Source of the DNA: Dehalococcoidia bacterium
GTDB lineage: Bacteria; Chloroflexota; Dehalococcoidia; Plut-88900
DNA: 64,000 nucleotides
Direction: 5' to 3'
Assembly (NCBI GenBank): GCA_965197585.1
Contig: OZ240215.1
Location: forward strand, 864,001 to 928,000
Positions 56,199 to 64,000 of the stretch are shown here, piece by piece. Numbering within the stretch: the first letter of the stretch is position 1; every line of letters begins with the position of its first letter. The translations under genes and the position numbers were made by a program. The notes under the pieces are model-generated. The model was given only the letters and a program-made list of their open reading frames with translations, was not told where the DNA came from and made no database searches.

Positions 56199-58595
56199 TT
56201 GATCATACTTCTCCGGCTATACAAGCTCTTTCCCAAGGGCAACACCTTAAGCCTGCTAATCATCGGCCTGCTCGTCATTGCAGCCCTGGTGGTCCTGGTC
56301 CCGAACAAGACGCCCGGCCTTGACAGGGAGGGATTCCGGCAAGGGCTGGACATCAAGGGCGGCACCCACCTCGTCTACGAGGCTATCCCCCCTGAGGGAG
56401 AAGTCGTCACCGATTCCCAGATGGAGGGAGTCATAAGCATAATCCGGCGCCGGGTAGACGCGTTCGGGGTGTCGGAGCCCATCGTACAGAGAGTCGGGGA
56501 CGACCGTATCATGGTGCAGATCCCCGGCATCAAGGACGTGGAACAAGCCAAGAGTCTCATTGGCAAGACGGCCCAGCTTGATTTCCGGGAGCAGAGACGC
56601 AAGGAAGACGGCACATTCGTTACCGATCCCACTACTGGCAGTATCATCTGGGACCCGGCCCTCACGACAAACGATACCGGCCAATTGGCGCCTGTCACGG
56701 GTGAATTCCTGCTCCCGACCTCCCAGGTATTGCTTGACCCGAGCACCAACCTTCCCCAAGTCGCCTTCGAGTTCAATGACGAAGGCGCCAGGATGTTCGA
56801 GAGGGTTACGAGCAGGCTGCTCAACCAGCCCCTGGGGATACATCTTGACGGGGACCTCATCTCTTCCCCGACAGTGCAAGCCGTCATATCGAGAAACGGT
56901 GTAATTACGGGGCTCTCTCTAGACGAAGCAGACGTCTTGGCCATTCAGCTAAACGCGGGCGCCCTTCCCATTCCCATCCAGACGATACGCGAGCAGGACG
57001 TTGATGCAACGCTGGGCGCGGAATCGGTGAGCAAGAGCCTGGTAGCGGGGGTGGTGGGTTTGCTTCTCGTCCTCGGGTTCCTGATGTTCTACTACAGGCT
57101 GCCTGGTGTCCTCTCCGCAGGCGCACTCATAATCTACGGGATGGTGGTGCTGTCGACGTTCAAGCTGCTTCCCGTGACCCTTACGCTCTCGGGCATCGCC
57201 GGCTTCATCTTGTCCATCGGCATGGCGGTCGACGCCAACGTCCTTATATTCGAAAGACTGAAAGAGGAATTACGAGCGGGTCGAAGTCTGAGGGTAGGCA
57301 TTGAGGCGGGGTTCAACCGGGCCTGGGTGGCCATCCGTGACAGCAATGTCTCGACACTGATCACCTGCGCCATATTGTGGTGGTTCGGGAACAAGCTGGG
57401 GACACCGCTGGTAACCGGCTTTGCGATCACGCTGGCCATCGGCGTGGTAACAAGCATGTTCTCGGCGATGTTCGTGACCAGGAGTTTCCTCAGGTTCGTC
57501 GTCGGGGCCCGGGTGCAGGAGAAGCCTGGGTTATTCGGACTGGGCAAGGCCGGGGCTCAGGCGGTCGAGGCTTCAACCCCTCGGCGTGGGCTGAACCTGG
57601 TCAACAAGCGGGTCTGGTACTTCGTTATCTCGGGGGCGGTCCTGTTACCGGGCATCGTCTCCCTGATCTTCCCTCCGGCCTTCAACACGGGCATCGAGTT
57701 CTCCAGTGGCTCGACCATTGAGGTTCGGTTCATAAACCCCTCCGACCTGTCGAGACTCACGACCGGTGCGGTTACGTCTCAGGCCGTGCGGGAGGTGCTG
57801 GACGAGCTGGGGCACGGCGACGCGATAGTTCAAGCCCTGGAGGCCAATGCGTTCCTCATCCGTACCGAGACGCTGGGGCAGGGTGAGATCGACCAGGACG
57901 GGAACGTGGGCCCCTCGGACAGCCAGCTTATTCAGCAGGCATTCGCACAGCGCTTTGGGGGGACGAGTATAGACCGCTTCGAGGTCGACTTCGTGTCTCC
58001 GATAGTAGCCGCTGAGATGGTGCGTAACGCGGCGCTGGCAGTGCTGTTCGCAATAATCGGCATTTTCTTATACATAGCGTGGGCATTTCGTAAGATGCCC
58101 CATTTCTTCCGATATAGCCTATCGGCGGTATTTGCCCTGTCCCACGACGTCCTGATAGTACTGGGCCTCTTCTCGATCATGGGGAAGGTGTTCGGGATTG
58201 AGCTGAATACAATGGTGATCACAGCCATCCTGGCAGTGATCGGTTACAGCATTAACAACACCATCGTAGTCTTCGACCGCATCAGGGAGAACATGCTCAA
58301 GCGGACGGGCGAGCGGTTCGAAGTCACCGTGAACAACAGCCTGCTGGAGACGATGGGTCGATCGCTGAACACCAGCCTGACAACGCTGTTCACGCTGATG
58401 GCCCTGGCCCTCTTTGGCGGGAGTACGCTGCTGCCGTTCATCCTGGTACTGCTCATCGGCGTGATTGCCGGAACGTACAGTTCCATGCTGATAGGCCCGC
58501 AGATTCTGGTGATGTGGGAGAACCGGGAGTTCGGCGTGATACTGCGCCGTGTCCAGGCCCGGCTCGGCGGAGCCCGAGCCCGCACCCCCACTTAG
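56199..58595 (+). CDS. secDF: Fused protein translocase subunit SecDF
   Basis: GLD..GG, GVSEP, IGMAVDANVLIFER (SecD) plus GIEF..G, GYSINNTIVVFDRIREN, GTYSS (SecF) in one ORF. Confidence 0.95.
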   Translation: MIILLRLYKLFPKGNTLSLLIIGLLVIAALVVLVPNKTPGLDREGFRQGLDIKGGTHLVYEAIPPEGEVVTDSQMEGVISIIRRRVDAFGVSEPIVQRVGDDRIMVQIPGIKDVEQAKSLIGKTAQLDFREQRRKEDGTFVTDPTTGSIIWDPALTTNDTGQLAPVTGEFLLPTSQVLLDPSTNLPQVAFEFNDEGARMFERVTSRLLNQPLGIHLDGDLISSPTVQAVISRNGVITGLSLDEADVLAIQLNAGALPIPIQTIREQDVDATLGAESVSKSLVAGVVGLLLVLGFLMFYYRLPGVLSAGALIIYGMVVLSTFKLLPVTLTLSGIAGFILSIGMAVDANVLIFERLKEELRAGRSLRVGIEAGFNRAWVAIRDSNVSTLITCAILWWFGNKLGTPLVTGFAITLAIGVVTSMFSAMFVTRSFLRFVVGARVQEKPGLFGLGKAGAQAVEASTPRRGLNLVNKRVWYFVISGAVLLPGIVSLIFPPAFNTGIEFSSGSTIEVRFINPSDLSRLTTGAVTSQAVREVLDELGHGDAIVQALEANAFLIRTETLGQGEIDQDGNVGPSDSQLIQQAFAQRFGGTSIDRFEVDFVSPIVAAEMVRNAALAVLFAIIGIFLYIAWAFRKMPHFFRYSLSAVFALSHDVLIVLGLFSIMGKVFGIELNTMVITAILAVIGYSINNTIVVFDRIRENMLKRTGERFEVTVNNSLLETMGRSLNTSLTTLFTLMALALFGGSTLLPFILVLLIGVIAGTYSSMLIGPQILVMWENREFGVILRRVQARLGGARARTPT

Positions 58596-58723
58596 CTCCT
58601 GGACCTTGGGCGTAGGCCCCAAACGCCATCTTTTCCTTGACACCGGATACCCCTGAATATACCCTCACGTTAGGGAACTGGAAGGCCCGTAGCCCCCAAG
58701 TAGAGACAGCGAAGGAAGGGATA

Positions 58724-59593
58724 ATGAGAGACAAACTCGTAACCCTGGAACAGGCCGCCAACCTGGTACGTACCGGCGACAAAGTGATCATGATGGGGGG
58801 CCTGGACTACACCCCAATGGCGCTATTGAGGGAGATAGTCAGGGGCGGGACGACTGACCTGAACACTCTCGGTGTGGTGGGAGCGTCACTGAATCTCGAC
58901 TTCCTGGTCGGGGCGGGTCGGACGGCCACCGTGGAGACCTGCGATTTCAACTTCCAGCCCTTCGCCAGGGTCGCGCCCAACTACCTGCGCCTCCAGAAGC
59001 AGGGCCGCATCAAGATGAAAGACAACACCTGAGGCGTGCTCTATAGCATGGTCCAGGCTGGATCAATGGGCATCCCCTTCGTCCCGACCCTCGGCTACGC
59101 AGGCAGTGACGTAATTAGGGAAAGAGACGACTTCACCATGGCCCCCAACCCCTTCGACCCGTCAGAGACGGTGGTGATGGCCAAGGCTATCACTCCCGAC
59201 GTCGCATTGTTCCACGGAAGCAAGGGTGACAGCCGAGGCAACGTGCTGGTCAGCAAAGGCGGGGAAGCCTTGATGCTGGCGCAGGCGTCGGACAAGGTGG
59301 TAGTGACGGTTGAGGAGATCGTGGATTCGGTCTCGCAGAACGATCCAACGGGGACTTTCATTCCTGCAATCCACGTCAAGGCTGTGGCCCACGCGCCTTT
59401 CGGGGCCTACCCCAGCGCGTGCCCGGGCTTCTATGGCATGGACGTGGAGGAGATGAAGAAGTACCTGGACGCTTCCACTTCCGACGAGACCTTTGAAGGT
59501 TACCTGGCCGATGAGGTATACGCCTTCCACGACCACGAGGACTACTGCCGGTCTCGGGGCCTGGGGGTTCGGGTGCCTGCAGCGGTGGGGTAG
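58724..59593 (+). CDS. Family-I CoA-transferase-fold subunit alpha (GctA/IpdA-like), probable selenoprotein (UGA at codon 103)
   Basis: ORFs 58637-59032 and 59036-59593 are in the same frame, separated only by TGA 59030-59032; the joined 289-aa protein has DKL..L.QA...V..GD, PMAL.RE, GIPF.P, PD.A..H....D..GN, V.VEE. Confidence 0.85.
59033..59072 (+). promoter_or_regulatory. Putative bacterial SECIS element
   Basis: Hairpin TGGTCCA-GGC-TGGATCA (59049-59065) with a G-first apical loop 23 nt after the UGA. Confidence 0.6.
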
Positions 59594-60345
59594 TGTCTCA
59601 ACCGCCTAACTGCACGTTCGAAGAGTTCATGGCCGTCCTCCTGTCGCGGGAGGTGCATGATTGGGAGACCTCGGCCTGCGGTGCACTGTCCTTCATACCT
59701 GCCTCCGCACTCCTTCTGGCCGAAGCGTCCCACGCCCCGAACGGCGAATTCATAGTCCTGGACAGCGACTACTACAACCCGTTCGTCGGGGGGAAGGACT
59801 TCCACTACCTCGCCCAGAGGGGAAAGCTCGACCTGTTCTTCATGAGCGGGATCGAGATAGACCGGGAGGCCAACTTCAACCTGCACCTCATCGGAGACCC
59901 CGATTCGCCAGAGGTCAGGATGCCGGGTCAATACGGAACGGGGCTCCTCTACTATGCCGTGCCCCGCATAGTGCTCTTCCGCACCCGCCACGATAAGCGG
60001 ACATTCGTTGAGAAAGTGGACTATGTCTCGGCGGCTTCCTCTTCGCCGGAGGGCTTTGTCCGCCGTACAAAGGAAGTGGGGGTAATAACTCCGCTGGCAA
60101 AGATGGAGCTATCGAGGGAGTCGGGTATATTGGAGTTGGTCTCTGTGCACCAGGGGCACACGCTTGAAGAGGTGAGAGAGAACACGGGCTTCGAGCTGAA
60201 GATTAAGGACGGCGGCGAGACTGCGCCGATGACTCCGATTATTTCTGATGAGGAGCTTCACCTGCTCCGTACAGACGTCAAGGCCCGAATGATCGAAACC
60301 AACACCTACCCCCACGACGCCCGGGCCAATATACGCGAAGCGTAA
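59593..60345 (+). CDS. Family-I CoA-transferase-fold subunit beta (GctB/IpdB-like)
   Basis: E.M...L.RE, HAPN, D.FF.SG..ID..AN.N, R.PG, H.KR.FVEKVDY.S, L.SVH.G....V.ENTGF; overlaps the alpha stop codon. Confidence 0.88.
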   Translation: MSQPPNCTFEEFMAVLLSREVHDWETSACGALSFIPASALLLAEASHAPNGEFIVLDSDYYNPFVGGKDFHYLAQRGKLDLFFMSGIEIDREANFNLHLIGDPDSPEVRMPGQYGTGLLYYAVPRIVLFRTRHDKRTFVEKVDYVSAASSSPEGFVRRTKEVGVITPLAKMELSRESGILELVSVHQGHTLEEVRENTGFELKIKDGGETAPMTPIISDEELHLLRTDVKARMIETNTYPHDARANIREA

Positions 60346-60390
60346 ACCCGAAGCCTTCCCCCGCTAAACAGCGCAAAGGGCGTTTCCAGA

Positions 60391-61452
60391 CTATTGGGAA
60401 GTGCGCTTGATGCGGGCCACACTGCGGATTCGGTCCTCGGCGAGACGGTCTGCGGCGGAGGCGGTGGTGATGCCCTCCGCCTTGGCCCGATCGAAGATAT
60501 CCAGAAGAGTGTCGTAGACCTTGGCGGTCCGGTCCATGGCCGCATCCCTGCTCTTACCCTCAACCTCACAGGCCACGGTTATTACACCGCCGGCGTTTAT
60601 GGCGTAGTCGGGTGCATAGAGGATGCCGGCTTCGGCGAGGGCCTCTGCGTGGCGAGGGTCCTTGAGTTGGTTGTTGGCGGCCCCTGCCACTATTGGCGCC
60701 TTGATCTGGGGAATGGTGTCGTCGTTTAGGACGGCGCCCAGGGCGCAGGGAGAGAAGATATCGCATTCGACGGCATGTATCTCTTCCGGCGCGACTATGG
60801 AAGCCCCGAGTGCAACCGCCTCAGCAATTCTGGACTCGTTGATGTCGGCGGCGATGACCCGGGCGCCATCTTCCCGCAGGTGTCGAGCGTAGTTGTAAGC
60901 GACCTTCCCGAAACCTTGGATGGCGACGGTCTTACCGTTCAGGGAGTCGGAGCCCGTGAGCTCCTTCATGCAGGCGCGAGCCCCTTGGTAGATTCCGAAC
61001 CCGGTAATCACCTCTGCCCCGCCCAGTCCGCCGTGGGACTCGGGGAGACCGGCAGCGTAGCGGGTCTCCTTGCGCATGTGGACAACATCCTGGTTCACGA
61101 CGCCGACGTCCTCAGTAGTGATGAAACGGCCCCCCAGGGTGTCGACGAAACGGCCGTGGGCGCGGAATAGGGACTCGGATTTGTCGGTGTTGGAGTCGGC
61201 GATGATGACGGCCTTGCCGCCCCCGTAGTCGAGACCGGCCAGCGATGACTTGTAAGTCATTGCCCTTGCGAGGCGCAACACGTCCAGGATTGCCTCTTCC
61301 TCGGTGGCGAAGGGCCACATGCGGGTGCCCCCGCAGGCAGGCCCGAGCGTCGTGTCGTGAATGCAAATGAGAGCCCTGAGACTGGCAGCCTCATCGGTGT
61401 AAAGGGCCAGCTCCTCGTACCCGTACTGCTCCATGTAATCGAAGATTTTCAT
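60391..61452 (-). CDS. Glu/Leu/Phe/Val dehydrogenase (leucine dehydrogenase-like)
   Basis: IHDTTLGPA.GG.R, MTYK, GGGK, EDVG, QG.GKV, GAANNQ, PDY..NAGG. Confidence 0.93.
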   Translation of the reverse strand: MKIFDYMEQYGYEELALYTDEAASLRALICIHDTTLGPACGGTRMWPFATEEEAILDVLRLARAMTYKSSLAGLDYGGGKAVIIADSNTDKSESLFRAHGRFVDTLGGRFITTEDVGVVNQDVVHMRKETRYAAGLPESHGGLGGAEVITGFGIYQGARACMKELTGSDSLNGKTVAIQGFGKVAYNYARHLREDGARVIAADINESRIAEAVALGASIVAPEEIHAVECDIFSPCALGAVLNDDTIPQIKAPIVAGAANNQLKDPRHAEALAEAGILYAPDYAINAGGVITVACEVEGKSRDAAMDRTAKVYDTLLDIFDRAKAEGITTASAADRLAEDRIRSVARIKRTSQ

Positions 61453-61509
61453 GGCTGCGCTCCAAATCGATGGGGCTTAAGGGCCATCAAACCAGGGGAC
61501 GAGTGTAAG

Positions 61510-62763
61510 TCAGGCTGGGGGTTCCAGGGACTCGCGGATCAGATCCTCGCCAAGGGTCAGCATCTCACGGATTTGTGTCTCTGACCAGCCGCGGGTCTCG
61601 GCCGAGCTGTCCAGGTAGGCTTTCAGGGCGTCTCGGGGCGTCATGCCGTCGACTGCCTGGCCGTCGAGCCTGAAGGACCGGGTACGGTCCACCTCGCGGC
61701 TTATGGCGGCGACGAAGTGGGCAGGAGCGAGGGCTTTACGAATGTCGGCGTCAAGGATCATGGGCTCGAGCTCGGCTGGGACCTTGATGCGGAGACGGAC
61801 AACGGCATCAGCGATGGGAGACTGCTTGAGTCGGTTGATAATGGTGGCGGTGGGGTTAAGGTCGTCGGAGGGGATGTCGACGTCTATTGTAACGAAGGGT
61901 CGAGCGGTGACCGTTTGGAACCGGTAGCCAGTGACGCGCTGGCCTTGGGGTAGAGAAGGGTCCAGGTCAGCGACGTAAAAGCCTTTGGGGTCCTTTTCCT
62001 CACTGAAGTCCACTCGCTGCAAGCTGCCGCTATAGACTACCGGCGGCGACTCCGTGAGGACTTGCATCTTGTGGACATGTCCGAGGGCTACGTAGTCGAA
62101 CTGGGGAAGGGACACGTTGCTCAGGAGGATGACGTGGTCGTTTCCTATCATCATGCTGCGCTCGGAGCCGACCGTGGCCTGGGCTACGGTAATGTGGGCA
62201 GAGAGGATGGCGGGAATGGACGGGTCAAGGGACTCGGCTTCATTGAACAATAGCCTTGTAAGGAGGTCCTGGATCTGCTCGTTGAGTTGGTCGAAGGTGA
62301 GATTCTTCACGGAGTCACGGGAGAGCAGAATGGAGCGTCGGGGCCAGGGTAGGCCGACGATCTGCACGGGCCCCGACTTAGTCTCTATCGTCCAAGTGCC
62401 CCCCCTGTCGGCGACGGTGACGTTTTGGACGGCGAGGGTGTCGTAAATCTCGATAGACGTTGCTTGTGCCAGAGCGTAAGGAAGGTCGTGGTTGCCGACC
62501 AAAAGGAAAACCTGGACTCCGGCGCTGGCAAGCCGAACGACGCGCTTGGCAAACTCCCGTTGTTGAGTCTGCTTGGGCTCCCGGCTCTTGAAGGCGTCCC
62601 CTGCAAAGACCACCAGATCGACGTTGTTGGTCAGGGAATATTCGACCAGCTCGTCGAATGCGGACAGGAAGTCACCCATGCGGGTGGAGAGGCCGGTTGT
62701 CGGGTCCAACCGGCCATAATTCTCGACGCCTATATGGAGGTCTGAAAAATGGACTATGCGCAT
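61510..62763 (-). CDS. sbcD: SbcD/Mre11-type nuclease
   Basis: H.SD.H.G, AGD, GNHD, DYVALGH.H, YSGS..R.DF.E. Confidence 0.93.
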   Translation of the reverse strand: MRIVHFSDLHIGVENYGRLDPTTGLSTRMGDFLSAFDELVEYSLTNNVDLVVFAGDAFKSREPKQTQQREFAKRVVRLASAGVQVFLLVGNHDLPYALAQATSIEIYDTLAVQNVTVADRGGTWTIETKSGPVQIVGLPWPRRSILLSRDSVKNLTFDQLNEQIQDLLTRLLFNEAESLDPSIPAILSAHITVAQATVGSERSMMIGNDHVILLSNVSLPQFDYVALGHVHKMQVLTESPPVVYSGSLQRVDFSEEKDPKGFYVADLDPSLPQGQRVTGYRFQTVTARPFVTIDVDIPSDDLNPTATIINRLKQSPIADAVVRLRIKVPAELEPMILDADIRKALAPAHFVAAISREVDRTRSFRLDGQAVDGMTPRDALKAYLDSSAETRGWSETQIREMLTLGEDLIRESLEPPA

Positions 62764-62787
62764 GGGCCTACGGGAGGGAGACTCGGC

Positions 62788-63000
62788 CTAGGAACGGGCT
62801 ATGGAGATGTTCTCCAAGGTAACCTGCTTCAGTACGTCCGGCCCCAGCCTTTTGGCGGCATCAAGCACCTCTACGCCGGCCAGATTTCCATCGACGTCAT
62901 AGTCCGCAGCCAGCCCATCGGCCACGTGCTTGGTAGTGACTGTAGTTTCCAAGAAGCGAATGTAGAGAGCATCCACCTGTCCATCGTAGGTAATCTTCAC
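62788..63000 (-). CDS. DUF2283 family protein (putative antitoxin)
   Basis: I.YD...DALYI......D.D..G...G.E.L.A. Confidence 0.85.
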   Translation of the reverse strand: MKITYDGQVDALYIRFLETTVTTKHVADGLAADYDVDGNLAGVEVLDAAKRLGPDVLKQVTLENISIARS

Positions 63001-63009
63001 AATACTCTC

Positions 63010-63264
63010 CTAGAAGTAATAGGCGTATACAGTTACGATGACTATCGCCGATTCTTCGTCAACGAAAATGGGACGCACCTTCTTCGTCTGATAGTGCTCG
63101 CCGTTCCACTCTCCATTGTATGGGAAGTCCTTTTCGCATTCCAATCTCCCTAGTGCTGCCGTACTCCATTCAGTCTCGTTTATTGCGTCAATAACTTCTG
63201 CTTCTGTAGCCCCGCGGTATCGCATCTGATCACGTGCGTGAGCAGAGAAGAGAACCGACTTCAT
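63010..63264 (-). CDS. DUF4258 family protein (putative RelE-like toxin)
   Basis: FS.HA..QM..RG.T..EV...I and C-terminal I.IVTVY. Confidence 0.8.
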   Translation of the reverse strand: MKSVLFSAHARDQMRYRGATEAEVIDAINETEWSTAALGRLECEKDFPYNGEWNGEHYQTKKVRPIFVDEESAIVIVTVYAYYF

Positions 63265-64000
63265 AAAGTGGCGAGAGCTTGCCGCACAGATTCGACTAGT
63301 CTCTCGATGGGGACACGGGACTGGGACATGGAGTCTCGGTCTCTGATGGTGACGGCGTTATCGTCTAGGGAGTCGAAGTCTACGGTGACGCAGAGGGGAG
63401 TCCCGATCTCGTCCTGGCGCCGATACCTGCGCCCGATTGACTGGGCGTCGTCATACTGGGCACGGAAATCAGTTCGGACCGTATCGAATACCTGCTGTGA
63501 CAAGGGAAGGAGACGCCGGTTGCGGCTGAGGGGCAGCACGGCTACCTGGACGGGGCAGAGGTCCTTGTGGAGTTTCAGGAGGACTCGGGTCTCGCCGCGT
63601 ACCTCTTCCTCTCGGTAGGAGTCAACTAGGAAGGCGAGGGTGGCGCGGTCCACGCCCCCAGATGGCTCGATGACGTAGGGAGTGACGTGCTGCTTGGCCT
63701 CCTCGTCGAAGACCGTGAGTGATTTGCCACTGGTCTTGGAATGCTGAAGAAGGTCGAAGTCTGTTCGGTTAGCGATGCCCTCCAACTCGGACCAACCCAT
63801 CGGGAATAGGTACTCGACGTCTGCGGTGGCCTTTGCGTAGTGGGCGAGTTCATCGGGATCGTGCCAGCGAAGACGCAGGTTCTCGGGTCGGATACCGAGG
63901 TCAAGATACCACTGGAATCGCTGCTCGACCCAGTACTGGAGGGATGAGTCCGCCTCATCGGGCATGACGAAGTACTCCATCTCCATCTGCTCAAACTCTC
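63261..64000 (-). CDS. glyQS: Glycine--tRNA ligase, homodimeric alpha2 type; 5' part outside window
   Basis: EFEQMEMEYF, LAHY...T.D.EY.FP.GW.ELEGIA.R, P.VIEPS.G..R, anticodon-binding SIGRRYRRQDEIGTP. Confidence 0.96.
   Translation of the reverse strand, partial: EFEQMEMEYFVMPDEADSSLQYWVEQRFQWYLDLGIRPENLRLRWHDPDELAHYAKATADVEYLFPMGWSELEGIANRTDFDLLQHSKTSGKSLTVFDEEAKQHVTPYVIEPSGGVDRATLAFLVDSYREEEVRGETRVLLKLHKDLCPVQVAVLPLSRNRRLLPLSQQVFDTVRTDFRAQYDDAQSIGRRYRRQDEIGTPLCVTVDFDSLDDNAVTIRDRDSMSQSRVPIERLVESVRQALATL

Overview
About 64 kb of GC-rich bacterial chromosome, most consistent with Chloroflexota/Dehalococcoidia (SAR202-like). This is inferred from gene content: alpha2-type GlyRS, a minimal mraZ-rsmH-ftsZ cluster with no mur genes, and several LLM, ThDP and SDR paralogs. 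The first ~21 kb is accessory catabolic genes (ThDP enzymes, LLM oxidoreductases, CoA-transferase, crotonase, amidohydrolase, SDRs), two decayed pseudogenes and toxin-antitoxin pairs. The rest is mainly housekeeping: uvrC, xerD, lgt, ccdA, recJ, fabF, mtaB, two tRNAs, trmD, mog, mraZ, rsmH, ftsZ, nrdR, nrdJ, proC, plsY, pepA, rplS, priA, def, secDF, leucine dehydrogenase, sbcD, glyQS. Main observations: (1) a family-I CoA-transferase-fold alpha subunit with an in-frame UGA and a SECIS-like hairpin, i.e. a probable selenoprotein, whose partner beta subunit appears to lack the canonical catalytic Glu; (2) a two-copy, ~0.8 kb intergenic element with its own sigma70/LexA-like promoter, covarying conserved 5' and 3' domains and a long-range stem enclosing unrelated 360-480 nt inserts, a candidate large ncRNA or cassette system; (3) a circularly permuted CcdA; (4) proC apparently starting at ATA. 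All family assignments come from motif recognition by eye, not from database searches.
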